Positions 1 to 12,184 of a stretch of 64,000 nt of DNA are shown in pieces. Numbering within the stretch: position 1 is the first letter of the stretch; each line of letters begins with the position of its first letter. The position numbers and the translations under genes were made by a program. The DNA lies in the NCBI GenBank assembly GCA_002269645.1, contig NIVC01001979.1, positions 1-64,000 of the forward strand. The letters are read 5' to 3'. Origin of the DNA: Macrostomum lignano (Eukaryota). The notes beneath the pieces were generated by a model. It ran no database searches. It was not told the origin of the DNA and saw nothing but the letters and a program-made list of their open reading frames with translations.

Positions 1-97
1 TTTCTAGGTGTCTTTTGAAGCAGCTAAAAACTTCTCGCTTTCAATTGCGGTTCGAGGCTTCGAGATTTTGAAAGTTTTTTGAATAAGTTGGTAAAGT

Positions 98-465
98 TTC
101 GAGCTTGAGAAGTGGGAAGTTTTGAGCTTGGGAAGTGGGAAGTTTCGAGGCTTGGGAAGTGGGAAGTTTCGAGCTTGGGAAGTGGCAAGTTTTGAGCTTG
201 GAAGTGGGAAGTTTCGAGCTTGGGAAGTGGAAGTTTCGAGCTTGGAAGTGGCAAGTTTTGAGCTTGGGAAGTGGGAAGTTTCGAGCTTGGGAAGTGGGAA
301 GTTTCGAGCTTGGGAAGTGGCAAGTTTGAGCTTGGGAAGTGGGAAGTTTCGAGCTTGGGAAGTGGCAAGTTTTGAGCTTGGGAAGTGGGAAGTTTCGAGC
401 TTGGAAGTGCAAGTTTCGAGCTTGGGAAGTGGGAAGTTTCGATCTTTGAAGTTTCGAGCTTGTAA
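98..465. repeat. Minisatellite, ~23-bp unit GAGCTTGGGAAGTGGGAAGTTTC
   Basis: About 16 tandem copies with small indels are read directly; they explain the overlapping ORFs at 4-589. Confidence 0.95.
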
Positions 466-1299
466 ATTTTTTAGTTTAAGCCTATACATTTTTAGTTTCT
501 CTAAGATCAGATATGAATTTTCAGCTGATGAAGCTTCAAGTTTCAGTCTTCAGCTTCTTGAAAAAAGAATTGCAGTCGAACACGAGTGAAGCTTTCCAAC
601 ATTCCACCCAGATGCCTGAGCAGTAGATCCATGCCCCCCCCCAATTCTATATATGAGTATAATAGTTTGAGCCGAGGCGCATTATTTGTCAAGGAGGGAA
701 GCGGGAGTGCTGCTTGCTGCTGTATTTGCTCCCCTCCCGGTTTGGAGGGCCGGTGTTAGGGACGGGTGACGGGGGTATAAGGGAGAGCTAAGCTAAGCTC
801 TATCTTATTCCTTTCTTAATTCTTACACAACTTTTTTTCACAGAACTGCCTGCCCCCCGCTGCTGCCGCTGGGCCGGCGCCGCTACAAGGGTGAATAAGT
901 GGCAGGGGGACCCCCCAGTCACGCTGCCGGCTCTCCAACTCCAATGAGAGCCAGCCGTTCTCAGTGTCGCTATCTACTCGAGCAATTGTTCAGATCCCGT
1001 GTGCTACTCGCCACTTCAACTGTTTGAGTTTCAGCGGGAATTTGTGTCCCTCGATCCCTTCCTTTCGCGCTCACCGCGCGAGCTCGCCGGCTTTGACTCA
1101 TTGGCTTGCGGTTGCTATGTCGAATGTGAGATGACCTGTGACTGGGAAGCTGCGTTAAACACTTAGTTGGGTGGGGAAAATGACTCGGTTCGTGAAATCA
1201 GGGGACTCGGTTTGTGGGTCAGGGGACTCGGTTTGTGGGGTCAGAGGACTCTGGATCTGTGGGGGTCAGGGGACTCATTTAAATTGTAGGGATCAGAGA

Positions 1300-1855
1300 C
1301 AGCGGGTGTCATAACAGAGTCAGGGGTGTCATAAGGGAATCAGGGTGTCATAAGGGAGTCAGGGGTGTCATAAAGGGAGTCAGGGTGTCATAAAGGGGAG
1401 TCAGGGGTGTCATAAGGGGGTCAGCGGGTGTCATAAAGGGAGTCAGGGTGTCATAAAGGGGAGTCAGGGGTGTCATAATGGGGAGTCAGGGTGTCATAAA
1501 GGGGAGTCAGGGGTGTCATAATTGGTCAGGGGTGTCATAAAGGGGAGTCAGGGGTGTCATAATGGGGAGTCAGGCGTGCCATAAAAGGGAGTCAAAGGGT
1601 GTCATAATGGGGTCAAGGGTGCCATAAAGGGGAGTCAGGGGTGTCATAAAAGGGAGTCAGGGGTGTCATAGTGGGGAGTCAGGGTGTCATAGTGGGGAGT
1701 CAGGGTGTCATAAATATGAGTCAGGGGTGTCATAAATATGAGTCAGGGGTGTCATCATGGGGAGTCAGGGGTGTCATAAAGGGAGTCAGGGGTGTCATAG
1801 TGGGGAGTCAGGGGTGTCATAAATATGAGTCAGGGGTGCCATCAAGGGGAGTCAC
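1300..1855. repeat. Minisatellite, ~20-22-bp unit GGGAGTCAGGGGTGTCATAA(A)
   Basis: Tandem copies with variable G/A run lengths. Confidence 0.95.
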
Positions 1856-2357
1856 GATTAACCCCATGATGAACTTCAAGGAAGTAACCAAATAAAAAAT
1901 GAGTGAAAAACATTTACATGATTGACTGATTGACTAATTTATAATGTAACTGCATGCACGCTCAGTTGCTATGCAGGTAGTTACAGCACATACAGCTAAA
2001 GCATTTTTGATTGAGACCACAAGTATACTACTGTTCAGTTTAACAAACGTACATACGCAAATTTAGCGAAAATGAATTGCATCAAGAGAATAACAAATTT
2101 TTTTTCTTTAAAATTAATCAATACAATACTACAGCAACAGCAATATCGATGACAATGACGCTAAAGTGCATTTTGTTTCCAAGAAACTACGAGTACAAAT
2201 ATTCCGACTAAAAATACGGGGCGCATTTCAGTTCTAAACTTCAGAAACTAAACTACACGTGTAAACTATGTACATCAGTACTAAATTATTAAATAATAAT
2301 AGCACAGGTGATTGCATTGAGAAATATTTTATTTTTTCTGAAAAAAACCGACAGTGC

Positions 2358-2731
2358 GGGTTAATCACGTGACTGAGTACCTACGGGCTAATTTAGGCTA
2401 AAAGGCCGCGGTTGATCACGTGACTGAGTACCTACGGGCTAATTTAATTTAGGCTAAAAGGCCGCGGTTGATCACGTGACTGAGTCACCTACGGGCTAAT
2501 TTAGGCTAAAAGACCGCGGGTTGATCACGTGACTGAGTCACCTGCAGGCTAATTTAGGCTAAAAGGCCGCGGGTTGATCACGTGACTGAGTACCTACGGG
2601 CTAATTTAATTTAGGCTAAAAGGCCGCGGGTTGATCACGTGACTGAGTCACCTACGGGCTAATTTAGGCTAAAAGGCCGCGGGTTGATCACGTGACTGAG
2701 TCACCTACGGGCTAATTTAGGCTAAAAGGCC
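2358..2731. repeat. VNTR, ~52-57-bp unit containing TCACGTGA and TGAGT(C)A
   Basis: About 7 copies of GATCACGTGACTGAGT(C)ACCTACGGGCTAATTTAGGCTAAAAGGCCGCGGGTT. Confidence 0.93.
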
Positions 2732-2832
2732 CTTGTTGAGCTGCGAAAACTAAGTTAATTTGATAAACAAATGTAGTCTACTTTTATTAAACAGTTATAA
2801 TATTTTTGTTATAACTGTTTGTTACAATAGGA

Positions 2833-2873
2833 TTACACCTGGCACATCTCTTGCAGGCTGGGCTCCTCTGCCA

Positions 2874-2923
<50 letters not shown>

Positions 2924-3179
2924 CCAGTTTGTCTTGGCTGCGCGCTCTGCCGCCTGCCTGCGCCATGCTGCTGCTGATGCTGCTGCTGATGCTGCCTTTC
3001 GGCCAGCTCCTTGAATAGGATCAGCGCGTCCTTTCGACCGGCCTTCTGTAAGCAGCGACCAAACAGGCCGATGGTGGCGCCGGGACGCTGCGACCAGGTG
3101 CGCAGCATCAGCCGGATGGGGCTCTGGCGAAGGGCGTCGGCTTGGGCCTCGAACTCCTGCACCTCATCGGCTGAGAAGC
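2833..3179 (-). CDS. NGFR: p75NTR-like receptor, last coding exon (C-terminal part of death domain, Q-rich tail with Q16, stop)
   Basis: Acceptor tttttttcgcag at 3180. Phase 1 joins the previous exon to give WKELATELG|FSADEVQEFEAQ...PIRLMLRTWSQRPGATIGLFGRCLQKAGRKD, which aligns with the p75 death domain (WRHLAGELGY...PVRALLASW...ATLDALLAALRRIQRAD). TAA at 2833-2835; AATAAA at 2783-2788 on the minus strand. Confidence 0.85.
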
Positions 3180-3401
3180 CTGCGAAAAAAAATTTTTTTG
3201 GTTTTCAGAAATATTTTACTACTTATAGCCGACTCTACTGATAGTAGCAAGCTGGTAGTTTTCTTTCGGTATAACGGTTTTTATTTTGGTAAGCCATTGT
3301 GTCCATTCACAAATCTTTTTCAGTAATCTGCTTCTATCCTTCCAGATCCTTTCAGTAATCCGGTTCTACAGTACCCTCCAGATGAAGGATCCCAGTCTCA
3401 C

Positions 3402-3797
3402 CCAGTTCCGTTGCCAGCTCCTTCCAAGCGGCCGGTCAGGGTTGTTGCTCAGGATATTCTCCAAGCGCTGGAACCGGGAGTCCGAGATCTCCTTCAACGG
3501 CCGGTGCTGCTGCTGACCGAAGCGGCCAGAGCTTCGCTGCCGCCGAATCCGCTATCGACGCTGCGTCGTTTTAGCAGCGCCGCAGGCTGGCAGCTGCGCG
3601 GCGGCGGGTACATCGGGCTCTGCGGCGGATGAGCGCGTTGCTGGCAGGCAGATGCTGCTGGGTCTTGCGGCTGTACGTTCTGCTCCGGAAGTATTTGAAC
3701 ACGATCCAGACGATCAGGCTGACGATAATGGCGCCCAGCACGGCGCAGTACACTGGGATCATGTCGTTGCGGCTGCCGGAGTGCCGGCTGACTGGCT
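3402..3797 (-). CDS. NGFR: p75NTR-like receptor, transmembrane/juxtamembrane exon and start of death domain (three apparent -1 frameshifts)
   Basis: Acceptor cttttccag at 3798, donor G|GTGAG at 3401. It encodes EPVSRHSGSRNDMIPVYCAVLGAIIVSLIVWIVFKYFRS (p75: QPVVTRGTTDNLIPVYCSILAAVVVGLVAYIAFKR). Downstream coding-like segments (SPMYPPP..SVDSGFGGS; PLKEISDSRFQRLENILSNNPD; AAWKELATEL) lie in successive frames. Confidence 0.8.
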
Positions 3798-3934
3798 CTG
3801 GAAAAGTGGCAAAAGAAGAAAACTTGCATATTTCAGTATATTTCAGTCAGTATAACTGCTTTTAGTGCCGGGAATGAAAGGCAATGGGAAATTTGCCTAT
3901 AGATGGCATACATATGGCACTTGTAGTGTCACTA

Positions 3935-4270
3935 TCAGTGGCACAAAATGGCACCGGGAATGACAATATCGGTGGCACAAAATGGCACCGGGAATAGCAA
4001 TAAGTGGCACAAAATGGCACCGGGAATGGCAATATCAGCGGCACAAAATGGCACCGGAATGGCAATATCGGTGGCACAAAATGGCACCGGGAATGGCAAT
4101 ATCGGTGGCACAAAATGGCAATGGCAATTTTAATGGCAATTTTAATGGCAATATCAGTGGCGCAAAATGGCACCGGGAATGGCAATATCGGTGGCGCAAA
4201 ATGGCAACAGGACTGACACATCGGTGGCGCGAAATGGCACCAGGATTGACACTATCGGGTGTCACAATAT
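3935..4270. repeat. Minisatellite, ~34-bp unit GGCACAAAATGGCACCGGGAATGGCAATATCGGT
   Basis: Tandem copies in an NGFR intron. Confidence 0.9.
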
Positions 4271-4789
4271 GGCATAGGGAATGGCAACATCGGCGGCATG
4301 CATAAAAATGACATTTTAATTGGCCCTAAACGAATGAAATTTAACCTGGCTCTGGCGTTAGGAATAACACAAAAAATGACACTAGTAAATCTTCATTTTA
4401 CTACTCAGTTTAGTCTGTTTAGTAGAGTAGTATGTGTCTGACAGTTCCTTTTGTATTCCAAAAGAACAAGAGATCAAGTGGGGCTTTCAAATGTATGTTT
4501 ACATGTTACAAAAAGTGTTATCAGTTAAAGATTTTATTGCGCAGCTGAAGTGGTGTGTGAGAAAAACAGAAAGCGAAGTCGTTAGTCAAGTGTTAGTCAA
4601 GGGCGCCTTTGAGCACTTTGATATTCTAATTTTGTCTATTGATGTCTGCTCGATTTTTATGAATTAATTGTACAATTTTAACTGAAAAACTTACTGCAAT
4701 GTACCTGCAAATGCTGTTGAAGTTAAATTTTGGCATGATTAAATTAAGAAAACGCCGACTTGCAGAATCCAATTTTTTCAATTCCAATT

Positions 4790-5390
4790 TTGGTGTCCCA
4801 ATTTTAAAATCCCAATTTTAGAATATCAACTTTCGGATCCCAATTTTAGAATCCCAATTTTAGAATCCCAATTGTAGAATCCCAATTGTAGAATCCCAAT
4901 TTTAGAATCCCAATTGTAGAATCCTAAGTTTAGAATCCCAATTGTAGAATCCCAATTGTAGAATCCTAAGTTTAGAATCCCAATTTTAGAATCCCAATTG
5001 TAGAATCCTAAGTTTAGAATCCCAATTGTAGAATCCCAATTTTAGAATCCCAATTGTAGAATCCTAAGTTTAGAATCCCAATTGTAGAATCCCAATTTTA
5101 GGATCGTAAGTTTAGAATCCTAACTTTAGAATCCCAATTTTAGAATATCAACTTTCGGATCCCAATTTTAGAATCCCAATTTTAGAATCCAAAGTTTAGA
5201 ATCCCAATTTTAGAATCCCAATTGTAGAATCCTAAGTTTAGAATCCAATTGTAGAATCCCAATTTTAGAATCCCAATTGTAGAATCCCAATTTTAGAATC
5301 CCAATTGTAGAATCCTAAGTTTAGAATCCCAATTGTAGAATCCCAATTGTAGAATCCTAATTGTAGAATCCCAATTTTGAATCCCAAATC
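4790..5390. repeat. Minisatellite, 13-bp unit TTAGAATCCCAAT with variants (TGTAG, CCTAAGT)
   Basis: Tandem copies read directly. Confidence 0.95.
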
Positions 5391-5856
5391 TCAAATTGCG
5401 ATTTCAAATGCAGCTTCAATAGCAGGAACTGCAATCAGCATCTCGGAGCGGAGGCCGGATACTCGCACTCAGTCAGTTTGCAAATCGCGCACAACTTTAT
5501 CAGCTGCGCGGCTCTGATAGGCAGATGCGCGCACTACAAGAGAGCCATAAATTCTATCAGGTCGTCCGGCTCCCGTGTGGGGGGGGAGCTGCAGACGCGG
5601 AGGCACGAGAGACAATCGCAAGCCTCCCCTTTTATAAGCGCTCTTGACTTTCTTTTTACGACTCTCCGGTCGGACGCAGTCTGCGCGCCTTCGCTATGAA
5701 GGCCAAAGCGAAAAGAGGGCCCGCGTCTCTGCGCTGTATCTGCCCTCTCTGTGCGCAGTTTTATTGTCGGCCTTCCAGCTGCGGCCTTGTGAATTGTGGA
5801 GAGAATGCAGTGAGATAGGGACTGAGGGCTGGGCCTTTCATGGCACCGCTGCTGCG

Positions 5857-5892
<36 letters not shown>

Positions 5893-5893
5893 C

Positions 5894-5952
<59 letters not shown>

Positions 5953-5953
5953 C

Positions 5954-5984
<31 letters not shown>

Positions 5985-5985
5985 C

Positions 5986-6032
<47 letters not shown>

Positions 6033-6063
6033 CACAGACAGACAGACAGACAGACAGACACAC

Positions 6064-6118
<55 letters not shown>

Positions 6119-6119
6119 C

Positions 6120-6162
<43 letters not shown>

Positions 6163-6163
6163 C

Positions 6164-6202
<39 letters not shown>

Positions 6203-6203
6203 C

Positions 6204-6242
<39 letters not shown>

Positions 6243-6243
6243 C

Positions 6244-6282
<39 letters not shown>

Positions 6283-6315
6283 CACAGACAGACAGACAGA
6301 CAGACAGACACACAC

Positions 6316-6386
<71 letters not shown>

Positions 6387-6405
6387 CACAGACAGACACA
6401 CAGAT

Positions 6406-6438
<33 letters not shown>

Positions 6439-6490
6439 CACAGACAGACACACAGACAGACACAGACAGACAGACAGACAGACAAATAGA
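5857..6490. repeat. (GACA)n microsatellite with periodic CA interruptions
   Basis: About 630 bp of GACA repeats. Confidence 0.98.
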
Positions 6491-7107
6491 CACATTACTG
6501 ATGGCACCGAAACAAACTGTCTTCAGGGAAAGTGAGAAGTTGAGGACATGGAGCGGAGATTCAGGGTGAGAGACTTAGAGGGAGCTGAGCACAACCCCAT
6601 CTCTGAGGTCTGAAACGAGCAGCGAATTCCAATCTCGCCTCTGCCAAGTGCCAGTGTGCCAGCAACGCAATTCCAAATTGGCTGAGCCTGGGCGAATCCC
6701 CGAGCATCGCCGTCCAGTTTGAATGATGACGGGGGGAGTCTGCGTGGGAAGCGAGTTCCGCACGCATTCAGCGATGCCGCGCGTACGAAGAAGGTCGTTT
6801 ATCTTCGAAGCCAGCCGCGGAAGCGATCGGGAGTCTGGAAATGCCGCCGCCGGTGCCTCGCTGGGGTGGAGGGCGACGGCGAAATCGGATTAGTCTCAAA
6901 TCCGGCCACCTCCGAGCTGAGGAACGCAAATCGAATATTTTGGCCGCAGCCAAAAATCTTGCTGCTGCTGCTGCTGCTGGCGCGGATCGGAGTCCAGGAT
7001 TGTTGCGGAATCGGGGAAGCTGATGACATCGTCGGCTGGCCTATGCGGCTCGGTCACATATTTGAGCTCGAGAGTTCAGGACTGTCGCAACCATCTCAAT
7101 TGCCATA

Positions 7108-7905
7108 TTTCCCCCCACTTCCCCTCTCTCCCTCTCACTTGCCCTCTCTCCTCTCACTTGCCCTCTCTCCCCTCTCACTTCCCCTCTCTCCCCTCTCTCC
7201 CCCCACTTCCCCTCTCTCCCTCTCACTTCCCCTCTCTCCCCTCTCACTCCCCCTTTCTCCCCTCTCACTTCCCCTCTCTCCACTCTCACTTGCCCTCTCT
7301 CCCTCTCTCCCCCCACTTCCCCTCTCTCCCCTCTCACTTCCCCTCTCTCCCCTCTCTCCCCCCACTTCCCTCTCTCCCCTCTCTCCCCCACTTCCCCTCT
7401 CTCCCCTCTCACTTCCCCTTTCTCCCCTCTCACTTCCCCTCTCTCCACTCTCACTTGCCCTCTCTCCCCTCTCTCCTCCCCACTTCCCTCTCTCCCCTCT
7501 CACTTGCCCTCTCTCCCTCTCACTTCCCTCTCTCCCCTCTTCCCCTTCCCTCTCTCCCCTCTCACTTCCCCTCTCTCCCCTCTCACTTCCCTTTTCTCCC
7601 TCTCACTTGCCCTCTCTCCCCTCTCACTTGTCCTCTCTCTCATCTCACTTGCCCTCTCTCCCCTCACTTGCCCTCTCTCCCCTCTCGCTTTCCCTCTCTC
7701 CCCTCTCACTTGTCCCTCTCTCCCCTCTCGCTACCCTCTCTCCCCTCTCGCTTCCCTCTCTCCCTCTCGCTTTCCCTCTCTCCCCTCTCGCTTTCCCTCT
7801 CTCCCCTCTCGCTACCCCTCTCTCCCCTCTCGCTTCCCTCTCTCTCCCCTCTCGCTTCCCTCTCTCCCCTCTCTCCCCTCTCGCTACCCCTCTCTCCCTC
7901 GCCCC
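7108..7905. repeat. Polypyrimidine low-complexity/minisatellite tract (CCCCTCTCTC..CACTT..)
   Basis: About 800 bp almost entirely C/T on the plus strand. Confidence 0.95.
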
Positions 7906-8574
7906 CTCCAAAGAGCACCCAGCACAGCACCACCCAGCAGCATGATCGCTAGTTGTCCAAGGATTTGCATCTCCCAGCAGCAGCAGCTGCCTCAACCGCA
8001 GAAAAATTCCCATATCCTTAACCGGGCTTTCCGCGTAAGATACGGGCCGCTTGGGATATAAAGCTGTAAAGCAAGAAAGTTTTATGGGTTTTTTTGGTGC
8101 TATATACGCGCGCGGCGGCGTATTATATGGTGTTGTCAAAGCCGCAACTGCCCAAGAACAAGACTGCATGCCCGGTTTTATTGCACCAGCTTATACGAGA
8201 GCTCGCAGTCAGTTTTTTCAGACCGCCCGCCCCGCCGTTCCGAAGTTGTAAAAAATCTCTTCTCGCTAACGATCAAAGGAAAACTAGCGACACTATTGAC
8301 TGGGTGAGGGCGGGGGGCGCTATAATTTTTTGGGGGGAGTTTCTCGCTATAAAACTTTGGGTCTGGCATTGTGCTTATGCCTTTTTAAAACCATTTTTAC
8401 TGGCCCAAAGCCACTCAAAACCTGAGGTAGATCATTTTATTACTAAAGTGTGCGTATCTCCGTGTTTATACTTTGTGTTTCAGAGTTTTTACTTGGAATG
8501 AATTGATAAAAATATCTCATTCGCATTGATAAGTCTATCCGCTCCATGAACTGGTGGTCTCAATATCCTTAATG

Positions 8575-8970
8575 ATTGGACTGGCGGCCTCAAAATCCGT
8601 GATGAATTTGACTGCATGGTGGCCTCAGAAACCGCCATCCTGGCGGCCTCAAAGACAGTCATGGATGGACTGGCGGCCTCAAAGACAGTTATCGATGGAC
8701 TAGCGGCCTCAGAAACCACCATGAACGGACTAGCGGCCTCAGAAACCACCAGGAATGGACTGGCGGCCTCAGAAACCACCATGAATGGACTGGCGGCCTC
8801 AGAAACCACCATGAATGGGCTGGCGGCCTCAGAAACCACCATGAATGGGCTGGCGGCCTCAGAAACCACCATGAATGGACTGGCGGCCTCAGAAACCACC
8901 ATGAATGGGCTGGCGGCCTCAGAAACCACCATGAATGGACTGGCGGCCTCAGAAACCACCATGAATGAAC
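8575..8970. repeat. Minisatellite, 30-bp unit GGACTGGCGGCCTCAGAAACCACCATGAAT
   Basis: About 12 copies, more diverged at the 5' end; in frame with ORF 8616-9059. Confidence 0.93.
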
Positions 8971-9301
8971 GGCCCGAAACCGCCCGGGATGAATCACTGG
9001 AAAGTTTGCTAAAGCAGAAAATGCGCAAAAAGAATCGAGCTAAAAATGGGATAATCTAAAAAAACCAGCCGGAAAACTTTTCTCCCAAGCACGGAGGGGA
9101 TTTTCCTCCTTCTGTTGCGACAAGATTCGGCGCTATAGAAGACCCAGATAGTGGACTGACAGCGGCGCAGTTCCCCCTTATCCCTTTCCCCGTGTTTGCG
9201 TCCTTTGCATACGGCGGAACTCCACACTACAGCAGAATCGACCGAGTGTTATTTAGAATGAAGCGCATAATTTTCTGTCGGTTCCGGTTTCCAGACAAGT
9301 A

Positions 9302-9304
<3 letters not shown>

Positions 9305-9372
<68 letters not shown>
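9305..9372. repeat. (CT)n microsatellite
   Basis: Pure CT run. Confidence 0.98.
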
Positions 9373-9375
<3 letters not shown>

Positions 9376-9732
9376 TTAATTAGAACGCAACTGGAGGGGC
9401 GCGCAGCCGCTTTAAAATAAAGTGGGAAATGCGGAGTTTCCACGAAAACGCAGTTCGGCTTTGCACCCCCCCCCCCCCTAGGTTTCGCGATATAATAAAC
9501 TAACAATGCCGGGGGTATATCGTCTTCTTCTTGCGGTTCGGCTTGGACTGTGCGAATAAAATATAAAATTCTATTTTTTAAGGTGTGACTTATAATGATT
9601 TTCTAGCAGCACAGAGTTTATGCATAGTATTCGATTACTAACTAAGGACTGATGGCGATTTTTGGGGAAACTGAAGAAGGTAATCCTGAAGCCGCAATAT
9701 CCGCTTAATATCCACTGACCAAAGTGCGAATC

Positions 9733-10654
9733 TGAGGACAGTGCCCCCTGAGAACAGTATCCCATGAGGACAGTGACCCCTGAGAACAGTATCCCATGAG
9801 GACAGTGCCCCCTGAGAACAGTATCCCATGAGGACAGTGCCCCATGAGGACAGTATCCCATGAGGACAGTATCCCATGAGGACAGTGCCCCATGAGGACA
9901 GTATCCCATGAGGACAGTATCCCATGAGGACAGTATCCCATGAGGACAGTGCCCCATGAGGACAGTATCCCATGAGGACAGTATCCCATGAGGACAGTAT
10001 CCCATGAGGACAGTGCCCCCTGAGAACAGTATCCCATGAGGACAGTGACCCCTGAGAACAGTATCCCATGAGGACAGTGCCCCCTGAGAACAGTATCCCA
10101 TGAGGACAGTGCCCCATGAGGACAGTATCCCATGAGGACAGTATCCCATGAGGACAGTATCCCATGAGGACAGTGCCCCATGAGAACAGTATCCCATGAG
10201 GACAGTATCCCATGAGGACAGTGCCCCCTGAGGACAGTGCCCCATGAGGACAGTGCCCCATGAGGACAGTATCCCATGAGGACAGTGCCCCATGAGGACA
10301 GTATCCCATGAGGACAGTATCCCATGAGGACAGTATCCCATGAGGACAGTATCCCATGAGGACAGTATCCCATGAGGACAGTATCCCATGAGGACAGTAT
10401 CCCATGAGGACAGTATCCCATGAGGACAGTGCCCCATGAGGACAGTATCCCATGAGGACAGTATCCCATGAGGACAGTATCCCATGAGGACAGTATCCCA
10501 TGAGGACAGTATCCCATGAGGACAGTAGCCCATGAGGACAGTATCCCATGAGGACAGTATCCCATGAGGACAGTAACCCATGAGGACAGTATCCCATGAG
10601 GACAGTAACCCATGAGGACAGTAGCCCATGAGGACAGTATCCCATGAGGACAGT
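9733..10654. repeat. Minisatellite, 16-bp unit GACAGTATCCCATGAG
   Basis: About 57 copies; ends ~75 bp from the NGFR stalk-exon donor. Confidence 0.97.
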
Positions 10655-10729
10655 AAGAACACAAAATCATTGAGAAATTGGCAAAGTCACAGAAGAGGCA
10701 AGAGCCACAAACACCAGTCGCTCCCTCAC

Positions 10730-10954
10730 CTTCAGTCCGGGCCACCTGGGTGAGGTTGAAGCGAGCCAAGTTAATGGGTGGCCTAGGGTTGCCATTGTCG
10801 ATGAGCTCTTTCCAGTCGGACAGCGGCCTGCTCTGCGGCTGCTTTTGCTGCTTGCGAAGAAATGAACCTTCTTCAGCCGGCTGCTGCTGCTGCTGTTGCA
10901 GGTCCCGAAATACAGAGTCAGCAGTGACGGCACCCGGCGACAGCTCTGTGGCAT
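10730..10954 (-). CDS. NGFR: p75NTR-like receptor, extracellular stalk exon
   Basis: Acceptor accacttctccag at 10955, donor G|GTGAG at 10729. The exon is 225 nt, phase 1 to phase 1, matching both neighbouring exons; it has N-glycosylation sequons NAT (formed across the junction) and NLT. Confidence 0.7.
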
Positions 10955-11637
10955 CTGGAGAAGTGGTCGGCGCCATGCTTAGCAGCCTGGATCCAAACGG
11001 CAACAGGCTTTTTCCCACCCTGGCTACACTCCCAATGTTCGAATGAATTCGCTGCAGCTAGTCTGCGTTCAAAGCCGAGCTGCGCCGGTTTTTTTAACGC
11101 CGAAAAGAAGGTAATTTTGAATTCGAACTTATAAAAGGCGGCCCCCAGCGCAGTGCAGTTGCTTTTGGATGAAACCGAGCCAGCCAATGAGCTGGGGCCG
11201 GTGCAAAAACGGCTGAACGGGCTGGAAATCTCTTCTCTTCATAGATAGCTTCCTGCTATCTACGATTTATCTGGTTTAACGATGTCCTTAGCATGCTACT
11301 GACTTCAGTAGTGTGAGAAGAATAGAATTTTGCTTATTTATCGATCTGGATGTATTTCTGCTTTAAACGTATCAATCTCTAAGAAACTAAGTAGTAGTCT
11401 AAGTAGTGACTATGCCAGGCGTTTTGCATTTAGATTTATTTTTCAAAAAAAATTCAATCCTTTTTTCCTCCCCTGTTGAGGGCTACGATTACTTGCTACG
11501 ATAGTTTACTAAGGGAGGCTCTCTTTCTATCCCCCATCAGCCAATCAAAAAGCTCAGATAGCTTACTATGTAGCGAGGAGGCTCTCTTTCTACCCCCAAC
11601 AGTCCCATCAGCCAATCAAAAAGCTCCGATAGCTTAC

Positions 11638-12184
11638 TAGCGAGGAGACCGCTGGCTTCAGAGCGGCAGACAGGTCCGGATGGTCGCTGGCAGGTTTCGG
11701 GCAGTAGCTGGTAACCGGGTGGACAGGCGGTAGCGCAGAGCCGGCAGATTCTGTTACGCAGGCCGGCTAGGGGCGCCGAGAAGCTCCCAGCTGGGCAGGG
11801 CGCGCAGTCGGCCACCCGAGTGCCGTTGCAGCTCGCTGGGTCCGCGAGGCCCTGGCCAATCGGGCAGCTGGCGCAAGGCGCGCAGTCACCGCCGCGCAAC
11901 CGGTAATAGCCGTCGGCGCATGGGCAGATGGTGTCCCGCTCGGCGGTGCACTCGGACACCAGCCTCTCGGACGGCCGGTTGCACGGTCGGCATTTTTCGC
12001 AGTTGTACAGCGCGCTAACTGCGGCGCTGAATGTGCGCATCTGACCGGAGCTGCACGGAACGCATTCGGTGTCGTGGAATTTGCCCGTAGCCTCATCCCT
12101 GTAGCACTTGGTGATCATGCCGTAGCCTTTGGAACACGGCCTGCAGCACAGCGAGCCAACGCTCTCCGTTCCTGGCCGACATTT
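11638..12184 (-). CDS. NGFR: p75NTR-like receptor, four TNFR cysteine-rich domains
   Basis: Acceptor aacccacag at 12185, donor A|GTAAGC at 11637. KCRPG..CCRPCSKGYG..C / PC..TFSAAVSALYNCEKCRPC..ECTAERDTIC / PCADGYY..C..C.SCPIGQGL..C / CPAGSFS..C..C matches the p75 CRD1-4 spacing. Confidence 0.9.
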
